Notes: a model not told the origin generated them from the letters alone. Shown: positions 13,908-26,057, numbered from the stretch's first letter. The stretch: 64,000 bases of DNA from Lepidodermella squamata (GCA_047495785.1 JBLDXI010000054.1:1302001-1366000), one strand, 5' to 3'. Numbers and translations are program-made.

Positions 13908-14099
13908 TTTTAAAACTCGATGTCTTGAGTGTAACTTAGCTGTTCAAGCTGTCATTATTTCTTGATTTCATGAATGACATGGTGGAGTTAATGGCAGGAA
14001 ACATGCTATTTTGAAGACCCTCTCAGCTTCACATCCGACATCCTAACTTACGTCGAACATGCTGCCACGCAAGCCTTGTGTTGCTTTAAAGACAGTGCT

Positions 14100-14480
14100 T
14101 AAAAGCTTCATAGAACAGAATTCGACACCCAATCGGCCTGCGTAGCATGAGCATATATTTGGACTGAATGCATAGGACCAATACAGCAGTAAATCTCTAT
14201 AGACTTTATTTGTCTAATGGCTATAACTTTTTCAAAGGATGAGCTGATAAAATTGTATATATCATTCCATGGAAGCGTCTTCACTTTTCACTCACGAGAG
14301 CTTCATTTTTCAGCCTGAGTTGCAGGATATTTACTTAGTTGCCGCAGGTATCGACGGGGAAGCCAGGAGCGATAGTGCTGCTGGTTGTGTAGGTGACTGA
14401 CACGAGATTCGGCGCTGCAGCGCAACAAGCCTGGAAAGTGGAGAAAGCCGCTGAAGGCCAAACCGGCTGTATAATCAATT
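14100..14480 (-). pseudogene. decayed 3' relic (C-terminal fragments + 3'UTR) of the ~760-aa helical protein family
   Basis: 14100-14228 aligns with 23054-23200, the 3' flank of gene 23265-25559 including its AATAAA. Translated fragments such as LLRCSAES resemble LLRCANAEC. The relic ends at the piggyBac-type MITE. Confidence 0.6.
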
Positions 14481-14482
14481 AA

Positions 14483-15134
14483 CCCTCCAGCGCCCACGGA
14501 TGCGCGTGTCTATGTGCGCGTATACACGCAAAGGCGTTTTTCGGTGATTTGGCGGGTTTACACGCCGACTTGGACGCGTAAACCCGCTTTTTCAAAAACT
14601 CGACGTCTATACCCGCAAGTTGCGAAAAAAATTACTAAGACGTCTCGACACGCTAATGAGGCGTCTTGACACGCAAAAATTGAGGCGTCTAAACACGCCC
14701 ATATGCTAATTTTATTCATGATTTTGACCATTTTTATTCGGAAATCGCAGGAATTTCAACGATCTTCGCTAAAATCAACAATAATCAATCACTCAGCTTG
14801 CAAGCTTGCTAGTTAATGTCTTCGGCGTCTTGTGACGCAACATTGTTCGCGTGTGAACACGCACTAGCTGTGTGACCATTGTGGCGTGTTAAGACGCCAA
14901 CTTTGCGTGTTAAGACGCACCATAAGCGTGTAAACCAGCGATTAGGCACTTGCCAACTTTGCGTCGACAGAGGGCACAGGTGTTTCAGCAAAATTTTTTT
15001 GAGGTCGATATTTTGCATCGCAATCATAGTGAAATAAATTATCAGGTGAAAAGAAAAGGCTGATTGATAAAATCTGAATTTGTCGGGTATTAAAAGTGAA
15101 AAACGCGTGTATACACGCCGTGGGCGCTGGAGGG
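14483..15134. mobile_element. non-autonomous piggyBac-type element (TTAA MITE)
   Basis: Perfect 17-bp TIRs CCCTCCAGCGCCCACGG / CCGTGGGCGCTGGAGGG with TTAA on both sides. Many internal GCGTCT.GACACGC-like subterminal repeats. Confidence 0.88.
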
Positions 15135-15161
15135 TTAATGAATTTACATGAGTTTCAAGTT

Positions 15162-15839
15162 TTATAAGCTATATTCTAAACTTACACTGCCGGCACCAGG
15201 AGAAACTTGGGTCGTCCCAGCCCCTGTCAGGACGCAAGAATTCGGGAAGCGAACGCAACGACCTGGTGGTGAGGGGGAAGCACACACCTTGTATGGAGTG
15301 GAATCAATTGCAGCCATGCAATATAAAAGCGGGGTTGACGACTGTGTATACACGTCGTAGAAAATGTTGGAGCTTCCGAGAGCATCGCAGCAGGCTTTGA
15401 ATGAGTTGAACGTTGTCGTCGAAACACCGGTCGCAGGCTTGAATAACATACCGGTGAGTAATCAAGATTCTTCTTACTAGTCACTCATTCATACCACAGC
15501 TGTTGGCGTTGTGGAGCATGCAGTAGCAGCTACATGTGTGCAAAATTTGATGGTTTTTCCAACACCACTACCGGTACCGGCCGTTGTTAACTGACACATG
15601 GTGAATTGGTTCTAAACGGTGAGGATTGAGTATAAGACTCATTCGCTCATATTCAACAATTTTACGTTATCGGCACAAGATTGCGTTGAGGTGCATGCAG
15701 TTGCGGCACAGCTAGTTCCAGTGGCGCAAGTGGGCGAAGCGGGACAGGACGGGCATGGCGTTGGGGTTGTGGTTGACGTGGGAGGGCAAGCGTAGCACCC
15801 AGCAAGCACAACGGCCACAATAAACAGCGCTTTCAACAT
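15162..15839 (-). CDS. small secreted Cys/Thr-rich protein (~188 aa); exons 15839-15666, 15611-15495, 15437-15162
   Basis: Signal peptide MLKALFIVAVVLAGCYA, two phase-0 introns (54, 57 nt), ~17 Cys and Thr/Ser/Pro-rich segments. The third-exon acceptor (TTCAAG) is inferred from frame. Confidence 0.75.
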
Positions 15840-16121
15840 GACTTCGTAGAATAGTTGAGGAAAATCTAGTTGGAGAAGAACAGAATACGGTTTTATCGCG
15901 GGAAATTCTAGGACTTGAAGTAAGAGATTGAAAAGTAATAATTTGGGCGTCGATATTCCCTTTAAGATAATTCGGGTAAAGAGAAGATAAGCTACAGGCG
16001 CCCAACTCATAATTCCTCTGTAATGCTCCTGCTCGAAGTTCGCGCTTGAAGACTGTTACAAAATCACTGCTTTTATACTGCACACATTTGGCACTTGTCC
16101 TTTCGGCACGCTAGACGTTAG

Positions 16122-17700
16122 AGATATCAAAAATTCCATTGAATTTTTCGTGCTCATCAGTGCAACTTTCGCGTAACTGCGTGGTATTTTTTTGTCGTTT
16201 TTCTGCTGACCTTTACGCGCATAACAGCATTGTCGCCTTGCACTTTATCAGTGCACTGGAATGTCAAAATTCATCAATAAGCTAGTGTTAGAAGTAAGGG
16301 GAACATTTCTTATTAGTCGCGCCCTGCCGTGACTAGCTTTAACGATTATTTACTAGTATCATTGTTCTTTTTTCATTCGACGAGCAGATATCAAAACATT
16401 TCATCACATTTTTTGTGATCATCAGTTTTTTTTGCTGACCTTCACGTGCACAACAGCATTATCGTTTTGCAGCTCAATTCCGGGCCCATCGTAGTTCCGT
16501 CCGGCGCGCGCGCGTCGGTTGCGCAATTGGAGGGTAAAAGTGGAGGGTAAAAGTGGACTATAGCAATAAAACGCTATGTCGAAATTTTCATCAAATCCAG
16601 AGCCGCGTGCGCTAATGTCAAAAGACTAGTTTAGATTTTTTGGGCGGTTTTTACACCAAAATGAAGAGGAGGCGATTCACTATCAAATGATATATGCTTC
16701 TAGCGTGATAAAATTAAAGAAAATAATTTTTACGTGAATCTCAAGTTATAAGAAGCGAGTGTGCGCGCTCTCAACTGGCGCGCAAAACCTAAGGTGCGCG
16801 TAAAACTTTTTTAGTTTAATTTTTTCGCGCGAGAACCCCATATTCAATCGATAGAGAATTGTCTGAATTATTTTTTGATATAAAAACCGCCGAGATATTC
16901 AAAAGTAACCCTTTAGCATCTTCGCGCGCGGTAAAAAATTTGTTAAAAATCAGAACTTGGCTCACGCGCATCAGTTTCATTGATTTTTAACATATTTAAT
17001 ACCGCGTGCGCTGATGTCAATGGGCTACTTTTGAATATCTCGGCGGTTTTTATATCAAAAAATAATTCAGACAATTCTCTATCGATTGGATATGGGGTTC
17101 TCGCGCGAAAAATTAAACTAAAAAAGTTTTACGCGCACCTTAGGTTTTGCGCGCCAGTTTATGAGCGCGCGCACTCGCTTCTCAAAAATAAATACGCGTG
17201 GAAACCTTCTTTATTTTAGTTTTTCGCGCGAGAAACCCATTTCAATGGATAGAAAATTATTTGAATTATTTTTAGGTATAAAAACCGCCGAGATATTCAA
17301 AAGTAGCCCTTTGACATCAAGGCACGCGACGTTGAAATTCATCAAAATTTCGACTTGGTGTTTTGCGCTAAGTCCACTTTTACCCTCCAATTGCGCAACC
17401 GACGCGCGCGCGCCGGACGGAACTACGATGGGCCCGGAATTGAGCCGTTTTGCACTTCACCTGTGTACTGGAATGGCAAATTCATCGAGTTAGTGTTAGA
17501 GCAAATTCAAAATTCCTTAAAATAGTCACGCCCCGCCGTGACTAGCTCGACGATTATTTACTAGTAACATTGTTCTTTTTCCATTCGCCACGCAAGATAC
17601 ATCAAGAATTTTCATCACGCAGGCATTTAGGAGCTCATCATTTTATCGTAACAGCGGGGAATTTTTCGTTTTTTTTGTTGACCAGTGCATGCATGAAATC
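16122..17700. repeat. degenerate tandem repeat, ~250-bp unit, about 2.5 copies, interrupted by the foldback element
   Basis: Blocks such as GCCGTGACTAGCT..ACGATTATTTACTAGTA.CATTGTTCTTTTT recur at ~16326 and ~17535. Unit starts AGATATCAA occur at ~16122, ~16386 and ~17595. Confidence 0.7.
16472..17445. mobile_element. Mutator-like foldback element (non-autonomous)
   Basis: Nearly the whole 974 bp is an inverted repeat (ends GCTCAATTCCGGGCCCATCGTAGTTCCGTCCGG / reverse complement). Exact 9-bp TSD CGTTTTGCA at 16463-16471 and 17446-17454. Confidence 0.9.
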
Positions 17701-19367
17701 ATAATTGCTTCGCACCATACTTTTTTTATTGACGATTTTCGATCTTGATTTCAGAGATGCTGTGGCAGGTCTGGAGAGTTAATTTCTCGTTTAAAGGAAC
17801 TGTTGCTGACATCATGTTGCGGAAACTCCTTGAAAGAGAGGTCTTTCCAGTCATCGACCAGTTGTTAAGGGCAAAGGTATAGTTGAGCTGAATTTTTGGC
17901 GCCGAATCTCGAGCGTATTCAGACTTGGTGCTGGTTTTTCACGATTGGTCACTGCCACTGCAATACAGTGCTCCCTCGAAAAAAGCACTGGGTCGGGAGC
18001 CAGACCCAGTCTTTAAACAAGGGAAAGCTGTAACGAGGGCTTTAATTAAATGCAGGGGCTAACAATTTGCAGTTGCTAAGTCTTGAGACAGTTGCAAGGG
18101 CGACTTTTGGTTGGCCATTGTTTTTTACTCTGATTTTCTGTCCTGCCTGGGGTTAACGAACTCACAATAACAACAGAACCTGAAATCTCGTTAACCATTT
18201 CAGTTTACTTCAAAGGTGCACAGCTCGTCCGATTAAACACAAGATAATTTCATTTAAAATCACAGCTTTAAATGCAATCATCTTGGTCATCCCAAGCTTT
18301 AGGTAAAGAGGCTGTGAATAAACATGGCGTCACTGCAATTGGCCATCTCTGAATAGGTGATTTTAGAAACGTTCCACCCGCAGAAATCGCTTCTTCGTGT
18401 CTTGGTTGGTTAATTATTGTTCCCATGGCTGTGGCTTTGCGCTGGTCCTGATAACGATTCTCGCTTTAAACAGTTTCTTTGAGTGCGATCAGCATCAAGC
18501 ATTCAGCATTCAGCAATCCACGGTAATCACATTTAAATTTTGCGATGCCGCCGCAATCGAGAGGTTGAGCAACGGAGGTCACGTTAGCCGTAGAGTAAGT
18601 TGAAAAATTGGGCTGAAGCTCCCGCCGCCCGTCATCGGGATGTTGCCATTTTCAAAGACAAAATGAAATGAAAAAGTTGTGCAAAAACCGGAAAAATTGC
18701 CACTATACGCAGAAAAAGTAAATCTTAAGGTAGAGGAAATGTGGGCTTCTTTAAGCACCTAATGTGCACACCTGGTCTGTCGCCTCGCTGGCGCCAGACC
18801 CTTTATCTCATGTACCTGACTTTTTAGGTTAGGCTCTTGAACTCTTTTTTTTCTATCTCTGTTTAACTTTGAATCTCCCCTGCCTCACTCTTCCCCGTTG
18901 CCTCAAGCGTGGTCTTGCTGTGGACTATCATGTAGTAAAAGTTGCCACTTGTTGTCATCCTGCAATATTGTCTGTGTTTCAACCTCCAGCCTATGACAAC
19001 GACCCTGTCCCTGATAAACTTCTTGTTTCCCCATTTACTGGTTCTCTCACGCACCATCGTCGACGAGCGTAGCTTCATATTGTACACTCGAGCCTGATGA
19101 TCAGATTTTGCAAGTCTTTTTCTTTCATTGATAAATATATAATCAATAGATAAAGATTGCATGAGCACATCTACTAACACCATATTATTGAAACGAATGC
19201 TATATTTGCCAGGACACAACAATATGCTTATGTTTATGCTTTATGTTCACATTATTTGCAAATTTTATGAGATAATTTTTGTTACTTCAAGGTTTCATCT
19301 TGTACAAAGATAATCAGATGATCCACACTCCTTCCCCACGGAACGCCGTCCAACTCTGTGGGCCTTG

Positions 19368-20358
19368 TCAGCAAGCCACTGAAATCGGACTTGCTCCTCG
19401 CGACCTCAGCAAAGCGGCCACAGCTGTTTCGCCTTTGCAATTCGCCAATTTGAGCGCTGTCCTGCCCAAATAATCTCTTGCATCCTTATTTGCACCTCTA
19501 TTCAGCAGCAGTTCAACAACCTCGCCTTTCCCACGATAAGCCGCATGCATCAAGGCCGTTTGAAATTGGTAATCCTTGGTCTCGATGTCAGCACCACGAT
19601 CCAGCAACAGTTGAACAACTCCTACTCGCCCCATCTCAGCCGCATTCATCAGCGCCGTCATGCCAAGGACATTCTTAGCCTCGATGTCAACGTTGAGATC
19701 CAGCAACATTCGAACTATTTCGACGTGCCCACCGTAAGCCGCAGACATCAGCACCGTCCTGCCTGTGTTCCTGTGATCAATGGTAGCGTTGCGATCCAGC
19801 AACAGTCGAAATACTTCGATGTGCCCATTATGAGCCGCACCTGACAACGCCGTAGTGCCATAGTCACCCTCAGCCTCGATGTTAGCGTTGCGATCTAGCA
19901 ACAGTCGAGCTATGTCAACATGCCCATTTTCTGCTGCACGCATCAACGCCGTAGCCCCATATTCATCCTTGGCCTCGATGGTGGCGTTGTGATCAAGCAA
20001 CAGTCGAACTAGGTCAACTTGCCCATTCTCTACTGCACGCATTAAGGCAGTCCAACGATGTTCAGTCTGTATGGAATTTACATCAGCACCGTGATCCCGG
20101 ATCAACAGTTCAGCTATTTCCACTCGCTGGTCTGATTGAGTCCGATTAGTACACATGACACTGTGAAGCAGTGGGCTATCTAGCATATTCCATAACATAG
20201 AATACTTTTTCCAAGAATCGCAGGATACCAACGCTGGGTTGCGCCAGTTTGGGTTGAAGTTGCCGCCGGTGGCATTGTCGATCTCCGCAATCAGTTGCCC
20301 CACCAGCGCCACGTCTTCCGCCTCGGCTGTTGCATTCCACAGCCTCTCGTATGCTGAG
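19368..20358 (-). CDS. ankyrin-repeat coding exon (~8 ANK repeats); probably the terminal exon of the upstream protease gene
   Basis: Canonical repeats (G.TALM.AA..GH..IVRLLLD.GA.I...D). No in-frame ATG before the acceptor-like TTTTTCACATTCAG, and an in-frame TGA further upstream. Confidence 0.88.
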
Positions 20359-20639
20359 CTGAATGTGAAAAACAGATAGGTATATAGATTCCACAGCAGC
20401 ACTGGAAAGGGGTCTGATATAGATAACTGGGAGAATCAGCTACGCGATTCAGTAAAAATGAAAGATGCGCACTGCGCACTACCAGGCGTTCACTACACAA
20501 CCAGCCGGCTTAAATAATCTTACATCCGTTTCAACGCAATGCGACCTTTCCAGAACCTTACAGATTAAGCGTGCGGATTTAAACCTCGTCCGAAACCTCA
20601 ATTCAAACATCTGATTGTGAATATATGGCAGCAACTTAC

Positions 20640-22274
20640 AGATGCTGACTCTATGAAAACGCAAGAACCAGGCTGTGACCAGGCTGAGTGCGATAGGCAT
20701 GATATTGCAGCATTTCCCTGAATCTCGAAGTTTTCATTGCATGATATGGTTCGAGCGGCTCCGAAGCTCGAGAGACCAGGCGATACGTTGCCGTTTCTGA
20801 TCGTAGGAACAGTACCGCAGCCTTAACAGCCCACATTAAAATTGGGGAAATGCTACAATGTTTAAAACTATTACTTACCTATAGGGTTACACATTCCATT
20901 TATCATTGGTTGAAATGGAGGCAGGCACGTTGCAATTGAGACAGATGAGGAGTAACCGTAACCAGGGTTGCATTTAACACTCACTACAACTCCCCTTTCA
21001 ACAACTGCTCCAGGCATTAGAACTGCCCCAGTATCTTGGGAGGTTTCTGGGCCGACTCGGGTGACAAATCCCTCCGTTAAGCTAGGTATGGTACAGGACT
21101 GGACTGCTGGAGTGCTGCTTTGTCTTCGGAAATCTGTGTTGTTTGAAATCCAATCCAAAACCATGCAGACTCTGCTGTAGATGCCAGGCTGTCCTGCGGT
21201 GCACGAATCGGCTTTGTTCGAATTTATGCCGAGCAGGTAAGTCCTATTTGATTGCGAACACATGAGTGGACTCCCAGAATCGCCAAGGCAAACGCCACTG
21301 TCATCGGCAGCGAAACACATCGTCGAGTCGCGGGAATACTCCTGCGAACAATTTTCGTACGATCGAACCTGCAGATTAAGTTTTCTAGGGATCTCAGATC
21401 TCGTTTGGGCTGAAATACAAAAATAGCAATTAGGCTATGTGTAGCGGCGACGAATTTATGTCAACCAATCGCCTCCAACTAAGTAGACACGGTCTTCCCG
21501 TATGATCGTGTCCTATCTTCAAAATTCCAACGAATCACTGGCCAAAATCTTAGTCTGACTGGTAGGGATAATGTTAGAAGATACCTTGTTCAAAACGACC
21601 CCAGCCAACTGCGACAGCCGATTCGCATTCATCAATGGAATTGGCGGTGAGAGAGTGGGCTCGGCACATGGTTCTCGCGTCAGGCAAACAAATCGGTTTG
21701 ACCTGCTGCGAAAATTTGGGAATCGGCCTCTTCAATTGCAAGAGGGCGAAATCAAAGTCAGAGAAATTCTGATTTCCATCGTATAGCGGATGCACCAAAG
21801 GTGGAAGAGATACGAAAGATTCATAGGATGCTCCCTTAGATCGATCACTTGTATTATGGTGACCCAGCGTTGCTTTGATCCTGTTAAAACAAACGATGAA
21901 TCGCGGAAGTAGGGGAAATTACTCGAACACTCACGAAATAGGTGACATTCCGGCAATTGAAACGCAATGAGCTGCTGTTATCAGCCATGTCTTGGAGATG
22001 AGGGAAGCTCCGCAGTAAAACGGCGATGATTTGCCGCTTTTGTAAATTTCAATGAAGGCCTTGAATTAACATTCTGTTATTGTTTAATGAATCAATATTT
22101 TGAATGCAAACATACCAGCCACGGGTAGGCATTTGGTTCCACTGGTTGACTGCCTGGCTGGCTTGATTCTGCATCAGGAGCAGTGGAGATCAAAGCACCG
22201 CATTCAATATCATCTTGACAAGCAACCAGTTCGGATGCCAGCCCAAGAAAAACGATTACTAAGCGGAGACGCAT
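20640..22274 (-). CDS. secreted S1-family serine protease with two C-terminal sushi/CCP-like domains; exons 22274-22116, 22059-21935, 21880-21585, 21409-20879, 20821-20640, then continues via a GTAAGT donor
   Basis: Signal peptide; catalytic triad motifs TAAHC, DFALL and GDSGSP on phase-compatible exons. CCP-like Cys pattern follows (C..P.I.NG...ISCNENFEIQG...ISC.....WS..GSC). No stop before the donor at 20639. Confidence 0.88.
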
Positions 22275-23264
22275 TTTGAAAATTAAACAAGAAAACTGAG
22301 CTTTCAAATAAGAATTTCCTCTCGCCAGAGTGTGCGCATTTACGTGCTACGTGTTTGTTTTCGTTCAAGAATGTTTCTTATATATTGGGGTTTAACTGTG
22401 TTTTTCTCCTTTTGTAATATTGAAGCAATGCATGAGTAATAAATTATTCAGAACCTTTGTTGGCAAATTTTCATTAATTAAAGAAAATATAAATCGCAGA
22501 TTGAAAACATCCGGTTAGGAAACCTGAATAGTAAGGATGCATAAGATAACTCATATGCCTCACTTCGCGCGCTGAGTTCAACTCAGCGGTAGAGTGATTG
22601 AGAAATCGAGGCATGCTTCTCGGTTAACCGAAAGCTCCATTAACCAATTAAACGTTTACGCGGGTGAACTTGTAGCGTTTATAGTGTTGTTGTAATTAAA
22701 CTCGCCATCGGGCTGGAAACTGTTAGAAACGCATTCGAACCATTCCGCGAATTTCACTGGAAAATGGAGATTGCAATGTGCTTTAAAATTTGTCTTACGG
22801 ATACCCTGCAAACTAACTACGTGGGTTCTTGTATGACGGATGTAGAAATTACCACTGTCGGCCTGGGGCCATTGACAGCTGACAGGGAACTCCCTAAGAG
22901 AGGACAGGAAATCAGACCGGAACGCAAGTCAAACCTCAACGGATCGGACCGCAGTAATTTTCGTGTTTTCACCGATTTGAGTCATCGTGCTTTGCTCGCT
23001 CATCGCTTATTATCCAGCGCAAAAAAAGCCGGCGGCGGCTTTTTAAATGGCTGAAAAGCTTCGTGGGAAACAATTTCCAACCTGAACAGATACCTCGAGA
23101 CAGCATGTGTGGAATGAGCATATATAGGTAACTTGGACTGAATACAAAATACTAACGTAACAGTAAATCTCCGACTTTATTCGCTCTAATAGCTAAAACA
23201 TTAATTTAAAACAATAGTTCATTTTAATCAAAGAATTAGACATGATCAGTAAAGTTCAGTAATG

Positions 23265-25559
23265 TCACAAAAAGAATTGAGCCATTATAGAAGAATCCAT
23301 CACTGGAAATCGCTCGTTGGCCAACACTGGAGGCTTCTTTGTTAAGGCTTTCACAGCAGCTTTCATATCTTCAATGATTTCTTTGCGTAATTCAGCGTCA
23401 GCTAACAAAATCTGCCGAGCAAGCTTGTTCTGCTCAGCCAAGCCGGCGAGAACCAACCCAGCGCTGCTGGAAACCCATGCCAATGATTGGACAACTTCAA
23501 CTCTGCTTTTGTTCTTCGAATTAACCACGTACAACGCAGCGTTGTGCTGGAGATATATCATAAACTTGTGTAATTTTTCGCGGCTTTCATCGTCGGAAGT
23601 AGGCTCAAAATAGGCATCGAAAGGAACGATTACCGGTTTACGAAATGAGATCGCATGCAGGACAAGCTGAGAGTAACTCAAATCAAGAGAGCTGCCCTTT
23701 TTCTTAATAATCCAAGACAACGCCGCCTTGGCAATATTGAGCAATTTCGGAGCGAATTTGGTCTTCCAACGATTTCGGCATTCGGCATTAGCACAGCGAA
23801 GCAGATTTGCGATTAATAGCAAACTGACAGGTCCGCCTTGATTAGATGGAGGTAGAGAGAAAATCAAACCAACAAGAGGATCAAATTCGGGCGATGTAAT
23901 AATTTTAGTGAAACAAGACGAGTTTGAAACTGCGGCAAGAGTCGATACGAAATCAGTCACTTGTCTGACAGTTATGAAATTCTTGTATCGGCCCAACTCG
24001 CTTTCCATCAAGATTTCGAGGCCCGTTTTCAAGATGGGAATATAGTTTTTGCAAAAGCTCTCACTTCTGGCGAGAGGAGCAGCCATTTCAGGACCATTCC
24101 ACATTACGTAGTTAGTCATCGGGACCGCTAGAAAAGACAACAAAAGCATTTGGTCGCCGGAGACGCCCAACTTTTTGTAGTTTTCGATGAAAAACCCACA
24201 TCGAGTAGCCAAATAATTTAAAAAAGGCACATGGTGAATTAAATAATCGGGAGATGGAATCGAATCACGGAAAAAGATGAGAGTAAAAGCCTGAGAAATG
24301 TGCAAGGTGTGGAAAAGGTTCCCGGTAGTTACAACATTTCGAAGAGAACATTCTATGGGCGGAGTTTTGAACTCTGAGTATTTATGCTCCGCAAAAGAGA
24401 TCGTAGAGATGAGAGAAAGTAAATCCAAGGCTTCGAAAAATTCCCGTTTTGACATCTCTTTCAAAGAATTTTTTAAATTCGGGTTCTTCATGGCCTGTTC
24501 AGTCAACGCCTTGATTAAGGTGTTCGAAAGGAAGTTCTTGCCGTTGAAGAGAAACATTACGGCACCTCTACAATAAGTTAACAGATTGTCAAATGGCTGG
24601 AAGAGAGCCTGATTTTTCTCATCAGAGTACTTCGGGAAGTTGAAAATCGGATGTGAGAACAAAAACCAGCTTTGATACAAATCAGTAAAATACTCGCTGG
24701 GCAAGCTATCAGCCATTTTCACAGCAGCTTCCGGGCTGAATAGAGATTTTCCGAAATTCTTGAAAAAATCGACGTACCACTGACTTTTCAACAACTGCTT
24801 GTTTAATTTCGTGGTTTTGCCGTCAGAAAGCCTCAGCATTAGAGCAATCAATTTGAAAAACGAAGTTAGAAGCCACATGTCGAATTGTGCCAAAGTCGAA
24901 AATTCTGCTTTGGCTAGGTAAGCTAGCAGCGCTTCATTTTTGCCGATATTCGAGATAAATTCACTAAAACGCTGCATTCTATCCATTTGGACCACATTTT
25001 CAGTTCGCCGCTTTTCGATTACACGGTAGGCATGGCCTGCTAAGAAAAGGGCTGTCCTAACGTCGAAATTCGGCTCGAGGCTTTCCAAACGACTAAGGAC
25101 AGATTCCAATTTTTCTTCGGAATACATTTGCGAAATTACAGCCTCGCTCAGCTTGAAATCAGATACGAGACGCCGCTCCATTTTCAGCTTGCCAAACCGG
25201 ACCTCGGCGCAGTAGAATACGCCAATAGCTTCTTCCAATTTACCCATGATCCGGGTAGAATGGCAGTAGCCAACGTGAGACTCTTCTCCAGACCAGCAAA
25301 CGAGATCATTAGTTTTGATGGCTATACGCTCCAATTCTCTCGCGTTCAATTCAGTGAAAGCTTTCCTGTGTTTCTTCATAAACTTCTCCGCTTCACGGGC
25401 GCGCGTTTCAAAGATGAAATCACTTTGGCCTCTCGTTTGCGTTCGAACTTCTGTGATATACAGCGGGACATCCCGTGGTTCGTTGATGCGAGAGAGAACT
25501 TCGCAGATTTTCTCGGAGCCCGGCTCAACATTTTCACCGAAAAGGAACCGATGAAACAT
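23265..25559 (-). CDS. uncharacterised 764-aa helical protein, family copy A (intronless)
   Basis: Long intact ORF, same length as and closely similar to 33151-35445. Shares FG....PGS, LR.A...CR..W and HAI...P.+V.F motifs with three more copies. AATAAA downstream. Confidence 0.88.
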   Translation of the reverse strand: MFHRFLFGENVEPGSEKICEVLSRINEPRDVPLYITEVRTQTRGQSDFIFETRAREAEKFMKKHRKAFTELNARELERIAIKTNDLVCWSGEESHVGYCHSTRIMGKLEEAIGVFYCAEVRFGKLKMERRLVSDFKLSEAVISQMYSEEKLESVLSRLESLEPNFDVRTALFLAGHAYRVIEKRRTENVVQMDRMQRFSEFISNIGKNEALLAYLAKAEFSTLAQFDMWLLTSFFKLIALMLRLSDGKTTKLNKQLLKSQWYVDFFKNFGKSLFSPEAAVKMADSLPSEYFTDLYQSWFLFSHPIFNFPKYSDEKNQALFQPFDNLLTYCRGAVMFLFNGKNFLSNTLIKALTEQAMKNPNLKNSLKEMSKREFFEALDLLSLISTISFAEHKYSEFKTPPIECSLRNVVTTGNLFHTLHISQAFTLIFFRDSIPSPDYLIHHVPFLNYLATRCGFFIENYKKLGVSGDQMLLLSFLAVPMTNYVMWNGPEMAAPLARSESFCKNYIPILKTGLEILMESELGRYKNFITVRQVTDFVSTLAAVSNSSCFTKIITSPEFDPLVGLIFSLPPSNQGGPVSLLLIANLLRCANAECRNRWKTKFAPKLLNIAKAALSWIIKKKGSSLDLSYSQLVLHAISFRKPVIVPFDAYFEPTSDDESREKLHKFMIYLQHNAALYVVNSKNKSRVEVVQSLAWVSSSAGLVLAGLAEQNKLARQILLADAELRKEIIEDMKAAVKALTKKPPVLANERFPVMDSSIMAQFFL

Positions 25560-26057
25560 GAATAGATAAAAAAATCTCTATAATTATAATATATATCTCT
25601 CCATAATCTCTATATTATTGTATAGAACAGTTTTATTTCACTAATATTTGTACTCTACTCCAATTTACTTCATTTGAACACAAACATTATCTGAGTTTTA
25701 ACAAGTCAAAGCAGTTTTGGAGACTTTGTCAATTCAATTTCCGTGCCGATTCGAAAATTGCCCATTTTCAGATTGGCGGTAATTCGGCTGCAATTGCCTG
25801 AGCTATTGGTTCAAGAGTTTGAAATGGGTAATCGAGCTATACAGAATGCAGCTTTGTAACGGGTCCCGATAGTGAAAGACGGCGAACAGGCCGATTGAAG
25901 CTAAAAAATAGTAAAAAAATCAAGAGACATTTCTAGGAGCGGAATTAGTAAGAATGAAAAGCTGCGGCTACATCGAGACCTATGATAATACTTCGTTCAA
26001 TTCAAAAAGTATCAGCGGAAATCTTACTACGCTGGTCACAAACAAATTAAAGGAAAC

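Noticed and set aside
18840-19080. Possible LINE ORF2 3' end
   Set aside because: Only a vague LNLP.L..R motif; insufficient support.
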